Positions 47,590 to 58,089 of a stretch of DNA of 64,000 nt are shown here, one piece after another. Each line of letters starts with the position of its first letter. Position 1 is the first letter of the stretch. The stretch lies in NCBI GenBank assembly GCA_049325335.1, contig JBMOMC010000007.1:259034-323033 (forward strand), read 5' to 3'. A program made the position numbers and the translations under genes. The notes beneath the pieces are model-generated. The model had not been told where the DNA came from, ran no database searches, and saw only the letters and a list, made by a program, of their open reading frames with translations. This DNA comes from Nitrospirota bacterium. GTDB lineage: Bacteria; Nitrospirota; Nitrospiria; 2-01-FULL-66-17.

Positions 47590-48815
47590 CGTCCCGCCCC
47601 CCGGCCCGAGGCTCCGACCGACGGCTCCCTTTCCTCAACGCGATCCGGTCCCGCGGACGGCGCCCGGCCGCTCGCGCGTTCAAGCAATGCCTCGAATTGT
47701 TCGGCCTGCCGGCGCCACGAATACCCGGTGAGGACGTGCGCTCGTCCTTGTCGGCCCATCCGGTCTCGAAGTCCCGGGTCCTTGAGCAGGGTGATGACCG
47801 CGTCGGCAAACCCCTCCGGGTCGTCCGCCACCATCAGCGTCTCGCCCGGCCGACCGCCCAATCCGTCGCACGCCACGGACGTCGCCACCACGGGCTTGGC
47901 CATGGCAAACGCCTCCAAAATCTTATTTTTTATGCCCGACCCCGACACCATCGGCGCCACGTACACCGCGGCGCGATTGAGATACGGGCGGATATCCGGC
48001 ACGAACCCCGTGACCGTCACCCGAGGATCCACGCGCAGCATCCGAGCAAGATCATCGGGGGGAGACTTGCCGACCACGGTAAACCGCAGATCCGGATACG
48101 CCTTCCACACGCGCGGCAACACCTCCGCGTAAAAATACGTGACCGCGGCGGCATTGGGGGGAAAACCGATCACCCCGCTGAACACCACCTCCGTCCGGCC
48201 GGAGTCACCCGGTTGCGGCTGAAAATAGTCGGTGTCCACCCCGTTGGGAATCACCGTGACATTCGCGCACGGGGCGCGCTTGCGGACCACCGCGGCATCG
48301 ACCTCCGACACCAATACCAACTCCCGAAACGCGCCCAATCGACGGCGTTCGTATTGTCGATACCCCCACCACGCGCGCAATAACCGCAGTGTGTCGACCG
48401 GGCGCGACGCGCGCTTCATGTCGCGGTAAATCAACAACGACATGGCGTCGACCAGATCCACCACCACGGGTAACGGCGTGAGACGCCGAACATACTCCAC
48501 CATGTAAATCGACGACGCCACCACCACGTCGATTTTCGCGGTCTCCAGCACGCGCCGAATCGCCCGCTCCATGGCGATCGAATAGTCCCGGCAATGCCGA
48601 AAGGCTCGGCCCCGCGAGCCCATGATCGGCACCGTCGTGGTCGCCACGAACGGGATCGGCGCCGGCTCGGATGGGCCCGGCTCCTCCTGAAGGTGGCACA
48701 GCCAAATCGAATGCCGAGCCGCCAGATCCCGAAAGAAATACCTTAAGCGGATATTTAACCCGTCTTCAAGGGGAACCAGCGGCTGGGGTGCCAGCAATAA
48801 AATCCTCATCACCAC
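47586..48815 (-). CDS. Glycosyltransferase family 4 (exosortase-locus type)
   Basis: DLVDA.S, IPNGVD, F.G...F.PN and GSGIKNKILEAFAM. Confidence 0.88.
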   Translation of the reverse strand: MVMRILLLAPQPLVPLEDGLNIRLRYFFRDLAARHSIWLCHLQEEPGPSEPAPIPFVATTTVPIMGSRGRAFRHCRDYSIAMERAIRRVLETAKIDVVVASSIYMVEYVRRLTPLPVVVDLVDAMSLLIYRDMKRASRPVDTLRLLRAWWGYRQYERRRLGAFRELVLVSEVDAAVVRKRAPCANVTVIPNGVDTDYFQPQPGDSGRTEVVFSGVIGFPPNAAAVTYFYAEVLPRVWKAYPDLRFTVVGKSPPDDLARMLRVDPRVTVTGFVPDIRPYLNRAAVYVAPMVSGSGIKNKILEAFAMAKPVVATSVACDGLGGRPGETLMVADDPEGFADAVITLLKDPGLRDRMGRQGRAHVLTGYSWRRQAEQFEALLERASGRAPSAGPDRVEEREPSVGASGRGAGR

Positions 48816-48862
48816 GTACTCGGGCGCGAGAGCGGGCTAGGGGCTGGCGGACGGCCGCATGA

Positions 48863-49903
48863 TTACAGCCATCGCTGATCCTTCCAAAACACCAGTCGAT
48901 TCTTCCAAAACAGGTTGGGCACAAACTTCCATTCGTGGCAATTGGCGCACAAACTGTTTTGGTTGAAGTTGCCGCTCAGATGGGCGTCGCGGACATTCCG
49001 GACCGGCGCGTCATTCCACATTTCTTCGATACTGGTTTTGCTGACGTCCCCCAATTTGACGGCACAGTTCCAGTCGAGGCTGCACAAGGACACCTGTCCG
49101 TCCCAATTAATCACCGCGTTGTGAAACGGATCAATACACGGAGGGCGCCGCGGGTCATTGTTGTCCACCTGCAGAGTCGGATCGCTGGTCCAACCGCCCC
49201 ACGACATAAAGTCCTTGATCTCCATGAACACGTCTTCCTGTTCCCATGTCCGTCGGAACAAGTCGATTTCGTCCTTGGTGTCGTCACACACCACGATCTG
49301 GGTGATGATCTTGGGGGTTTTGGACGCGGCCTCCCGCCGCAGCCGCAGCAGGGTGTAGATGTTGTCTTTGACGCGCTGGAAATGTTGCTTTTTATGGATC
49401 TTAAAAAACGTCTCTTCGGTCGCAGCTCTGATGCCGACCCGCACGATATCGACCTTGAGCTCGATGAGCCGACGGGCGATCGATTCCTTCATCAACACGC
49501 CGTTGGTCGTCAGATGGATCGTGTTCTTTGGGTGAGCCGCTTTAATGTATCGGATGATCTCCAGAATCTGCGGGTGCATGAGCGGCTCGCCGTCCTTGTG
49601 CAGAAAATACGTGATGGGGCCGTGCGGCACGCCCTCGTCCACGATTCTCTTGACCAGATCCATGCTGACGAACCCAAACCCGCGGGTGGCGTCCGCGCGC
49701 GGGCAGAACCAACATTCTTCGTTGCAATGATTGGTGGTCTCGATATTAATGGCGGTCGGAAACCGCAGCGCGCGCTGATGATTGTTCACCCGATATTGCA
49801 TGCGGATCGCCGAATTCTGCCAATACACCACCGGCCGCCGCGTCAATCGATTCGTCTTGAGAAACCGCTTCACCTTTCTGATCGTTCGCTCCGTGCGCGT
49901 CAT
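48863..49903 (-). CDS. Radical SAM protein with SPASM/Twitch domain
   Basis: CNEECWFC (CxxxCxxC), GEPL and TNG; C-terminal CIDPF...DG.V.LC..D...LG...CANC. Confidence 0.9.
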   Translation of the reverse strand: MTRTERTIRKVKRFLKTNRLTRRPVVYWQNSAIRMQYRVNNHQRALRFPTAINIETTNHCNEECWFCPRADATRGFGFVSMDLVKRIVDEGVPHGPITYFLHKDGEPLMHPQILEIIRYIKAAHPKNTIHLTTNGVLMKESIARRLIELKVDIVRVGIRAATEETFFKIHKKQHFQRVKDNIYTLLRLRREAASKTPKIITQIVVCDDTKDEIDLFRRTWEQEDVFMEIKDFMSWGGWTSDPTLQVDNNDPRRPPCIDPFHNAVINWDGQVSLCSLDWNCAVKLGDVSKTSIEEMWNDAPVRNVRDAHLSGNFNQNSLCANCHEWKFVPNLFWKNRLVFWKDQRWL

Positions 49904-49922
49904 CGTCTTCTCCCCGTATCCC

Positions 49923-51038
49923 TCAAAACGTTTCCTGTCGATTTAAGAGTCGTTTGACCCACGGTTTGACCACCATCTTCTCCGCGAACACCATGGTCGG
50001 CCGCCACCCGCGGTTAAAACTCCACAGTTGCCCGTGGGGTCGCACCTGGTCGGTCCATTCGAGTTTCCACGTCATGCTCGGCCCCAAAAAATCAAACTCC
50101 GTCATACCCTCTCGATACGCTTCCTCGATCACCTCTTTTTGCAGGAGGTGTCCAGGCGCGTAGGTCGCATACGCGAGGTCGTACTCCGTCTTGAGCAGGA
50201 ACAGACGGCCTCGATAGCGCAGCGAATAATGAAAGACCACGGGTCGGTCGTCCAGTTTCAACACGTGGAGGCTCAGCCAACCCTGCCGATCCGCTTCAAC
50301 CGCCAGGTCCCCGTAAAATCGCTTCAGCGCGGGCGTGGAAGCGATGGCGCTCTCGTCGGCTTCCTTCCAACTCTTCGCCCCAACGTCGAACAACTCCTCC
50401 AAGAACGGTTTGAGCTCGCGTCCCTCGGAAGGATAACGCTCGTACGTCAAGGTGCCAAGTTGATTCAGCCGTTTCGCGCGGTTCTTCAGATTGCGCTTAA
50501 AATGGCCCTTCAACCCGCCGTAATACGCATCCCAATCGTTTGTCAAGGGAATGTACGGGGAATGATACGAGCGCTTCCGCCCCAGCCGATACCCCAACGT
50601 CGCGGCCGTGTCCAGCCACAAGGACGACAACGGGCCGTCGGGGAAATAATCCAGCACCACCAGATCCCACTCCGTCCGATGCGCCTGCAGCGCAAGCCAC
50701 AACGCACGCACCACGCCGTCCTGTTCGTCCGGGCCGACGATGAACTCCGCTCGATTGGTGTGTTCGTTTTCGATAAATGAGATCACCCGCAACGGACGCA
50801 TGCCGTAGCGTCGCGCGCTCCGCATCAAGGGCGCAAGCCCCACCAGCCGGTCGCCGTCGAACACGGCCGCCACCCACAAATCCTTGCCCTCGCCGAACGT
50901 CATCCACCAGACCGTGAACCATTCGTGCCGAAGCATCACGTTGTCGCGCTGCGGACTGGCGTCCAGGTGTCGGTTCCACCGCTCTTTCCACGCGAGGAAC
51001 TCGGACCAATGCGTAATAAAACGGACGGTCAACGCCAT
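49923..51038 (-). CDS. CelD/BcsL-like GNAT acyltransferase; start 51038 or 51077
   Basis: HEWF..WW..FG, GLAPL, APG.LL and FDFLG....WK..W. Confidence 0.85.
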   Translation of the reverse strand: MALTVRFITHWSEFLAWKERWNRHLDASPQRDNVMLRHEWFTVWWMTFGEGKDLWVAAVFDGDRLVGLAPLMRSARRYGMRPLRVISFIENEHTNRAEFIVGPDEQDGVVRALWLALQAHRTEWDLVVLDYFPDGPLSSLWLDTAATLGYRLGRKRSYHSPYIPLTNDWDAYYGGLKGHFKRNLKNRAKRLNQLGTLTYERYPSEGRELKPFLEELFDVGAKSWKEADESAIASTPALKRFYGDLAVEADRQGWLSLHVLKLDDRPVVFHYSLRYRGRLFLLKTEYDLAYATYAPGHLLQKEVIEEAYREGMTEFDFLGPSMTWKLEWTDQVRPHGQLWSFNRGWRPTMVFAEKMVVKPWVKRLLNRQETF

Positions 51039-51066
51039 CCGCAGCACCCCGTCGCACAACGGGACC

Positions 51067-52653
51067 TCATATCGCATCCCCCGGCAGGTATCGGCGGAGC
51101 ACCGGCGCCAGGTCGCGGACAAACCGCTGCTGCGCAGCCGTCACGGCGTCCGCATCGCCCGGACGACGGATCGGCGAGGAGACCACGACCATGGCCCCGT
51201 TGGCATGGCCCCTCGTCGCGGCGTTCCAAACGGTCCACCACTTGATCTGGTTCCGATCAACCAGCACTCGCCCGTCCACGTCATACCAAAACACCGCCTG
51301 ATGGAGGTCTTTGCCATTCCGTATGGTGGTCCGGTTGACACGAACGACCGCATTCGATCCGACCGGAATATCCACGTTCGTCACGTCCTGATGAAACTTC
51401 GCGAACACCGGATAGGGCGCCAATTCCCGTCCCTGTTCTTGGCTCTCGAAATAACTGAGCGACAAGGTGACGACATGCCCCTGGGCGTCGCGATAGAGCC
51501 GCACGACCTGGTGATCGGCCGACTCAAGCGGCAAGAAGTGCGTGCGGGCATTGACCGGTTCCCCTCGCCATTCCCCGATCACCAGCGGGAAAACCGCCAG
51601 CGCCTGCTTCAGGGGGACTGCCGAGATCCGATGGAGATAGTAATACCCAGTCGTCGCGAGCAGACAGACCATGGCGATGGCCCACGCCCGGTTCCAGCGG
51701 CGATCCACGAACGACTCGCGGCGCGGTTCGGTATTCCGAGCCGGCAATCGACGGCCCGCGTCCTCTCGGTGCGTCGGCGCGCCTCGATCAGGCGAAATTC
51801 TGCTCAACAACCATGCCCCGAGAAACAACGCCGTGAACCCGACCCACGCGACGAACACCCCTTGAAACACGTGATTGGGACCGTGGATGGGCAACCCGCC
51901 GTGATGGGCCCACACCCCGATCAGCGCCACCCGGACGCCGTTGCCCAAAATCGCGATCACCACCGCGAACGCCACGAGCCCCACCCGACGCACCCACGTG
52001 CGTTGCGTAAAATACGCTAACGGGATGCCGATCGCGATCAACGCGGTGAGGTATTGGATCCCGCTGCACGCTTTGGCAACCTCCAACACGATGCGGGGCA
52101 GGTGGATATACTGCTCGTCCAGCAAGGCTGGGACCCCGACCACTTGCAACAAGCCGACGCCGATGCGGGCGGCCAGGAGCTGGAACGGCCAATGCACCCG
52201 TTCGGACGCTTCGCCGAACACATTGATCATGAAGATCAGATACCCGATGGGAAGTGCCAACACCCCCAGAGCTCGTCGCCCCATCAGGAGCGCCACCAGC
52301 CCGGCGAGCATGACCAACAGGGAGAGCTCCTGCAGCAGCGCGACGCTCCCCAGCTTGCCCGCCACCAGCATCAGCCCCGCGCACAACACGAGCGGGAGCC
52401 CCCACGCCGGATCCGGCGGGAAGACGACGCGCCGCAACGCGTCGCGTTTGATCCACACCAAATACCCCGCAATGAACGGAATGAGGAATCCGTGGCCGAA
52501 GTCGTCGCTCGCGGACCACATCGCGGCCAGGGCCGTCAGCACCGGCACATACAACACGAGCAGGAGCCCGACGAGCGCGAGGACTTGTAGCCGCGCCACG
52601 CGCGCCGCGGGATGGGTTCCGACGAGCGATCGAGCCAGAATCGCGTCGCTCAC
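51067..52653 (-). CDS. Exosortase (EpsH) fused to an EpsI-like periplasmic domain
   Basis: W....DFGHG.LIP, catalytic Cys (VAKACSG), Arg (NGVRV) and His (NHVFQG), plus a soluble C-terminal domain (FP..IG.W.G, YFESQ.QG.E). Confidence 0.9.
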   Translation of the reverse strand: MSDAILARSLVGTHPAARVARLQVLALVGLLLVLYVPVLTALAAMWSASDDFGHGFLIPFIAGYLVWIKRDALRRVVFPPDPAWGLPLVLCAGLMLVAGKLGSVALLQELSLLVMLAGLVALLMGRRALGVLALPIGYLIFMINVFGEASERVHWPFQLLAARIGVGLLQVVGVPALLDEQYIHLPRIVLEVAKACSGIQYLTALIAIGIPLAYFTQRTWVRRVGLVAFAVVIAILGNGVRVALIGVWAHHGGLPIHGPNHVFQGVFVAWVGFTALFLGAWLLSRISPDRGAPTHREDAGRRLPARNTEPRRESFVDRRWNRAWAIAMVCLLATTGYYYLHRISAVPLKQALAVFPLVIGEWRGEPVNARTHFLPLESADHQVVRLYRDAQGHVVTLSLSYFESQEQGRELAPYPVFAKFHQDVTNVDIPVGSNAVVRVNRTTIRNGKDLHQAVFWYDVDGRVLVDRNQIKWWTVWNAATRGHANGAMVVVSSPIRRPGDADAVTAAQQRFVRDLAPVLRRYLPGDAI

Positions 52654-52701
52654 AATCCCCCCGCAGTGTCGGCGATCAGGGTCTCCACGCGAGACACCGC
52701 G

Positions 52702-53619
52702 TCACCGCCCCTGTGATGTGGTGGGCTTGACCCGGAGGTAGTCGCCGTGACCCGCGCCCGACGGTTGACCGTCACGGGCTTCCGTCAGGTTCAACACGGT
52801 GCGGATGGCGGCAAAACGGAACGCGGTCAGCATCCCCTCCAATCGGGAGGTGGTGCGCCCTAAGTTCTGATAGTGGCGAAATCGAGAGAGCGCCCGCCCG
52901 GCGATCCGCGGCTGGTCCGGGTCGATCTCCCAGGGATGCACATACACAATCGCGGGCTGTCCCTCCCGTTGGTTCACCCGTCGAATGCCCCAGTGGGTCA
53001 ACCAGGAAGGAAACAGACGAAGATACCCTCCGCCCGCAATCGGGAGGTTGATTCCCGCGACCGTCACCGTGGACATCGGGAATTCATGGAAGGTTCGGTC
53101 GCCGAAGGTCATGGTATGGGGAAATCGGACCGCGTCGGGAATCCCGTACCGGTCATGATGGATCGGGAAGAGGCTGGAGTCGTATTGAAAGCCCTCGTCC
53201 GAGAGAATCTCCAACGCCCACATGGTGTCTCGGGTCAGCGAGAAACTCGGCGCGCGAAACCCGATGACCGGAGCATGGATCAGGTCTTCGAGGACGGCCT
53301 TGGCCGAGCGGATCTCCTCGCGGAATGCGTCCGGAGAGCTTTGATCCAGGGTGCGGTGCGCGTACCCATGACTCGCCACTTCGTGGCCCCGTAGGTGAAT
53401 TTCCTGCACTAAACTAGGGCAGCGCTCGGCGATCCATCCGAGGATAAAAAACGTCGCCTTGACGGCATGACGATCGAACACATCCAAGAGCCGCAGCGTA
53501 TTGTCCTGCGCGCGACACGGAAACCGATCCCACGAGGCGTACGGCACCACGTCGCTGAACGCGGACACCTGAAAATAGTCCTCGACGTCAACCGACAGCG
53601 CATTGAGCACCTGGGTCAT
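52702..53619 (-). CDS. Exosortase-system polysaccharide deacetylase (DUF3473-containing)
   Basis: NALSVDVEDYFQVSAF, ATFFILGW, HEVASHG, GFRAPSFS, GGGYLRL and HPWEIDP. Confidence 0.9.
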   Translation of the reverse strand: MTQVLNALSVDVEDYFQVSAFSDVVPYASWDRFPCRAQDNTLRLLDVFDRHAVKATFFILGWIAERCPSLVQEIHLRGHEVASHGYAHRTLDQSSPDAFREEIRSAKAVLEDLIHAPVIGFRAPSFSLTRDTMWALEILSDEGFQYDSSLFPIHHDRYGIPDAVRFPHTMTFGDRTFHEFPMSTVTVAGINLPIAGGGYLRLFPSWLTHWGIRRVNQREGQPAIVYVHPWEIDPDQPRIAGRALSRFRHYQNLGRTTSRLEGMLTAFRFAAIRTVLNLTEARDGQPSGAGHGDYLRVKPTTSQGR

Positions 53620-55007
53620 CGCGCACCGCGACGCAGGAGCACGATCTTGATGGTTTCAAACAAGATCGTCGCGTCCAGCAAAAACGACGTGTTCTTGATG
53701 TAATACAGGTCGTACTGAAGCTTCTCGACGGTATCCCCAACGCTCCCGCCGTACCGATAGCGGACCTGCGCCCACCCCGTGAGTCCCGGTTTGACGGTGT
53801 GCCGGAACCCGTAGTAGGGAATCTGCGCCTCCAATTCCTCGACAAACATCGGGCGCTCCGGGCGCGGGCCGACGAAACTCATCTCGCCCCGCAGGACATT
53901 AAGCAGTTGCGGCAACTCGTCCAGGCGAAACTCCCGGAGCCACGCCCCGACCCGGGTGACGCGGTCGTCGCGTCGTTTGGCCCAGACCGGCCCCGTGAGC
54001 GACTCCGCGTCGGCGCGCATGGACCGAAACTTGACCAACGTGAACCGCTTGCCCCCGGCGCCGACGCGCTCCTGCCGGTAGAAGATCGGTCCCGGGGAGT
54101 CGAGACGAATCGCCAGCGCCACCAACACCATCACCGGCGCCGACACCGCCAACCCCACCAGCGACCCGACCACGTCCAACCCGCGTTTGGCCAACGCCCC
54201 GAATCGGTGTCGGTTGAATCCTTCGGAGAAAATCAGCCAACTCGGTTTGAGCGAATCCACGTGTACTTTTCCGGTCAATCGTTCAAAAAACGACAGTCCG
54301 TGATCGATCTTGATGCCGGCGAAGCGACACCGCAACAAATCGTTGACCGGCAACTTGCCGCGGGAATCCCCCAGCGCCACCACCACGCGGGTAATACCGT
54401 ATCGGTCCACCACGCGATCCAAGGTCGCGTCGTGACCGCGCTGGCCGACAGATTGCGGGCCCGTCAACTCGCTGCTCGGGATCTCCGACAACCGCGCGGC
54501 AATCGTGTACCCGCAGTCCGGTCGCGCATTCAACGCGGACACTAGATCGGCAATAAGCCGACTTTCCCCCACCAACAGAAGGCGTTGACCGAATGCCGGA
54601 TTCGTCACGAGTTTGGTGTAGCCCGCTCGCAACACAATCAACGTAAACGGCAACGACGCCAGCGCCACCACCATCCCCAGCCCGAACCGTTGGTGCGGGA
54701 AGAAAATGCAGTGCGCCAAGACCACCAGCGCGGCCAAGGCAATCGACTGGAAAATCCGGAGACACGAATTCCACGTGGACTGAGATTGGCCCCCGACGTA
54801 CAGATCATGGAAGTACAGAGACAACTGACACAACGGCACCACCCAGAGGATATTCAGAAACGCCGGATCGATGGCGACCACCCCGTCCCCGGCGGCGGAG
54901 AAGTGCCACCGGTTGGCCGCCCACACCACGGAGAGAATCAGACCCGCTTCAACGCCCCAGAAGAGCAGCGTTGAGATCGGGATGTAGCGCGAGAAAATCC
55001 TGAGCAT
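53616..55007 (-). CDS. Priming polyprenyl glycosylphosphotransferase (sugar transferase, exosortase-locus type)
   Basis: N-terminal TMs; [38 protein letters not shown] and [10 protein letters not shown]. Confidence 0.93.
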   Translation of the reverse strand: MLRIFSRYIPISTLLFWGVEAGLILSVVWAANRWHFSAAGDGVVAIDPAFLNILWVVPLCQLSLYFHDLYVGGQSQSTWNSCLRIFQSIALAALVVLAHCIFFPHQRFGLGMVVALASLPFTLIVLRAGYTKLVTNPAFGQRLLLVGESRLIADLVSALNARPDCGYTIAARLSEIPSSELTGPQSVGQRGHDATLDRVVDRYGITRVVVALGDSRGKLPVNDLLRCRFAGIKIDHGLSFFERLTGKVHVDSLKPSWLIFSEGFNRHRFGALAKRGLDVVGSLVGLAVSAPVMVLVALAIRLDSPGPIFYRQERVGAGGKRFTLVKFRSMRADAESLTGPVWAKRRDDRVTRVGAWLREFRLDELPQLLNVLRGEMSFVGPRPERPMFVEELEAQIPYYGFRHTVKPGLTGWAQVRYRYGGSVGDTVEKLQYDLYYIKNTSFLLDATILFETIKIVLLRRGAR

Positions 55008-55028
55008 AGGCGTGCTCGACGGGCTCCG

Positions 55029-55850
55029 TTACTTCCGCGGCTGGTGATAGTGATAGTAGTAATACGGCGCGTCCGTCGCCTTCACGCCGTTGAGGACCGT
55101 ACCCACCAGTTTCGGACGGGGCAACATCCCCAGCGCCTTTTGTAAGGCCGTTCTCGGCGTGCTTCCCGACCTCACCACCAACACCACGCCGTCCACCAGG
55201 TCGGCCGTCAGCGCGGCATCCACGCCCGCCAATACCGGGGGCGTGTCTACCACGATGTAGTCGTACTGAGACTCCAAGTGGGTGAACAGGCGTTGGATTA
55301 CGTCGGAACGCCACATCCTGGTCGGGTTTAGTTGCGTCACGCCGGCCCCCACCACCGCCAGGTGCTGGTGACCCAAGGGACGAATCACCGCATCGAGCGA
55401 CTCGCGTCCGGCCACAACATCGGTCAACCCCGGGCCCGGCTCCGGACCAAGATAGCGCCAGAGACTCGGCTCGCGCAGATCGCCGTCAATCACCGCCACC
55501 CGGCGTCCGAAATCCCGAGCCAACACGAACGCCACGTTCACCGAGGTTTCCGTCTTACCTTCACCCGCGAGCGTGCTGGTCACCGCGACCTTCCGAAAAC
55601 TCGGGTGTTTACTCAGTCCCTCGAGGCGGGCGGCCAGCAGGCGGTACCGTTCGGTCACGATCGGCCCGGTCTCCTCGTTGGCCACCAATGACCGGGTCGC
55701 GCCGGGAGGACCCGCGAGCGCCAGGCTCTGGCCGGTCTCCTCGACCGGCGGCGGTCCGCCAAGCGGCGCGTCCGTCTTCTGGACGGCCTTCCGTTGGATC
55801 CACGAGTTCCAGGCATCAGCGGGCTTCAAGGTATCGTCTCCCTTGCTCAT
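55029..55850 (-). CDS. BY-kinase (CpsD/CapB family tyrosine autokinase)
   Basis: Walker A STLAGEGKT, IDGDLR.P, VVDTPP and C-terminal Tyr cluster PYYYYHYH. Confidence 0.92.
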   Translation of the reverse strand: MSKGDDTLKPADAWNSWIQRKAVQKTDAPLGGPPPVEETGQSLALAGPPGATRSLVANEETGPIVTERYRLLAARLEGLSKHPSFRKVAVTSTLAGEGKTETSVNVAFVLARDFGRRVAVIDGDLREPSLWRYLGPEPGPGLTDVVAGRESLDAVIRPLGHQHLAVVGAGVTQLNPTRMWRSDVIQRLFTHLESQYDYIVVDTPPVLAGVDAALTADLVDGVVLVVRSGSTPRTALQKALGMLPRPKLVGTVLNGVKATDAPYYYYHYHQPRK

Positions 55851-57424
55851 GACCGAGCCATAGGCGAGGCTTTTTTCGTCGCGGATTCCGGTTTGGCCGC
55901 GCGGCGACCCAGCCCCGGTTCTCGCAGGGGAATCACGGCCAAGAGCGGGATTCCGGCGGCCGCGCTGATGAGTTCTTCTTCGGTCCGAATCGACGCGTCC
56001 ATCTGCTCACGCAGCATCACCAACCCGATCCCGGCGCCGAGCCCCAGACCGAGCCCGACCAGCATCAGCAGCGGCCGGTTGGGACGGTATGGCGCGCTGG
56101 GGCGATCCGCTGGGTCCAACACGCGAAAGATTTCGCCCTTTTGCCGCCGTTCCAGGCTTTCCGCGATGCGTGCGTTTTGACGCTTATCGAGCAGGCTCTG
56201 ATACGCCTTGTGGACGTTTTCATAGTCGCGCAAGATAATGGCCAATTGCTGCTCGCGAATCGGCGTGTTCTCCACATGTTGCTCGTACAGGCGAATCTGG
56301 GCCTCGACGATTTCCTGTCGCCGTTTAATCGCGGCAACCTGCTGTCCCTGATCCGCTCGCTGCGCAGTGCCCGCCGTCTCCCGCTCCCGAGGCCCGGGGT
56401 GGATCTGAGGCGTCGGGTCACCCGGGTGAACGTGCACCTCCGCGCTCGGTTGCGTGGGCGCCTCCGTGGTCTCGGCGGCCAGTTCCATCTCGAGCGATTC
56501 GATTTCTTTGCGTGCCAGGATGACGTCGGGATACTCCTCTTTATATTCCGTCAATAACGCCGCCAGTTTGACTCGCGCTGCCTGCAATCGAGCCGAGAGC
56601 GGCGAGGCCGGCTCGCCGGTTCCGGACCGAGTCGCGCCCGGCGCCCCCGATGACGCGGACATCAGGGTCAAGCGGTCTTCGGCGTTGCGAAGCGCGTCTT
56701 GGAGCGTACCCTTCTCCATCTGCAAGCGATCCAAGGTGCGAAGGTTGGCGTCGAGCTGCTCGGGCAGTTCTCCCATGTGTCGTTGTTTAAACGCGCTCAA
56801 GACCGACTCCTGCGATTCGAGCTCGCCCTTCATCCGTTGGAGTTCAGCCTCAAGAAATTCGGAGGTCCCTTCCGCCTGCTCTTCACGATCCTTCAGATTC
56901 TCCTCGATAAACAGGGCGGCCAGCCGGTTCGTCACGTGCATGACCGTGTCGGGATCATCGCCCTCGTACGCGATCGAAAATGTGTTGCCGCTTTTCCCGT
57001 CACTTACCACGATCTGAATCTGCTGCTTCATCTGCTCAACGACGCCCAACGGCACGGCCTCCGACCACGCGTTCCCATCGTCCGGCCCGTCTCCCGAGGA
57101 GGCGCCGGCGGAGGACTCCTTGGGGCGATAGAGTCCGAATTCCCTGATCACCCGCTCCAAGCGGGTCCGACTGAGCACTTGTTGCGTAATCGAGTGCAGT
57201 CGATCTTCCACGTCCGTGGTCACCGTCGGCTTGACGAATTCCTCCGGCACTTTCTGGGCTTCGACCAGAATGAGGGTCGAGGAGCGATACGTGGCCGGCA
57301 ACGCCAACACGATGGGAATGGTCAGTGCGCTGATCACCACCGTCGGCACCGCAAACCACCACCGACGACGCCTCAGGGCCTCGACCCACTCCGACACGAT
57401 GTCTTGTTTTGGGGGTTGCGCCAT
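55847..57424 (-). CDS. Polysaccharide chain-length determinant / co-polymerase (Wzc N-terminal module)
   Basis: Two TMs flanking a coiled coil; LP..YRSS.LILVE, Y.EEYPDV and DPA..P..P..PNR. Confidence 0.9.
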   Translation of the reverse strand: MAQPPKQDIVSEWVEALRRRRWWFAVPTVVISALTIPIVLALPATYRSSTLILVEAQKVPEEFVKPTVTTDVEDRLHSITQQVLSRTRLERVIREFGLYRPKESSAGASSGDGPDDGNAWSEAVPLGVVEQMKQQIQIVVSDGKSGNTFSIAYEGDDPDTVMHVTNRLAALFIEENLKDREEQAEGTSEFLEAELQRMKGELESQESVLSAFKQRHMGELPEQLDANLRTLDRLQMEKGTLQDALRNAEDRLTLMSASSGAPGATRSGTGEPASPLSARLQAARVKLAALLTEYKEEYPDVILARKEIESLEMELAAETTEAPTQPSAEVHVHPGDPTPQIHPGPRERETAGTAQRADQGQQVAAIKRRQEIVEAQIRLYEQHVENTPIREQQLAIILRDYENVHKAYQSLLDKRQNARIAESLERRQKGEIFRVLDPADRPSAPYRPNRPLLMLVGLGLGLGAGIGLVMLREQMDASIRTEEELISAAAGIPLLAVIPLREPGLGRRAAKPESATKKASPMARS

Positions 57425-57495
57425 GATCTCTTACCAGCCTCCGTTCCGGCTCGCCGCGGCGGAGGCGCTGCATCTCCTCCGTCGGGCCGCCCCGG

Positions 57496-58089
57496 CTACT
57501 GCACGATGAGCGTATCTCCCGGCATGAGGCCCGGATCGCCGCGGCGGATTAAATCTTTGTACCGCAATCGCAGACGCTGATCTTTCGGCTCGCCGGCGCG
57601 ACGCACGACCACGATTTCACTGGTATCGGCCCACTCCGTAAATCCGCCGGCCAGCGCCAAGGCCTGCAGCACCGTCGTGTAGCTTTTGACCTGGTACCGT
57701 CCTGGTGCCTTCACTTCGCCCAAGATATAGAGGCTATAACTCCTGACCTCCGCAACTGTCACCGTCACGTCCGGCAGTTCTTTGTATCGTTCGAGGCGGG
57801 TTTTGATCTCATTGCGCACGTCGTCCGCGGTGAGCCCCCCCGCGCGCAGTTCGCCGATCAAGGGCAGGGTAATCATGCCGTCCGGCCGGACCGTGACGGT
57901 TTTGGACAAATCCGCGTTTTTCCACACCGTCACTTCCAACAGGTCCTCGGGCCCGATCCGGTAGTCGGCGGTCGGAGGCGGCGGAGCCACGGCGGGACGG
58001 GGCGGCCCCGTGACCGGACGAACCGCGCAGCCGCCGCACATCGCGACCAACACCAGCGCACTTAGCAATCGAACATTCATACGTGACAT
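57496..58089 (-). CDS. wza: Polysaccharide export lipoprotein
   Basis: Lipobox-like CGGC, YRIGPEDLL.V.VW, VRPDG.ITLPLIG, GEV..PG and LALAGG; start at 58089 or 58080. Confidence 0.9.
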   Translation of the reverse strand: MSRMNVRLLSALVLVAMCGGCAVRPVTGPPRPAVAPPPPTADYRIGPEDLLEVTVWKNADLSKTVTVRPDGMITLPLIGELRAGGLTADDVRNEIKTRLERYKELPDVTVTVAEVRSYSLYILGEVKAPGRYQVKSYTTVLQALALAGGFTEWADTSEIVVVRRAGEPKDQRLRLRYKDLIRRGDPGLMPGDTLIVQ

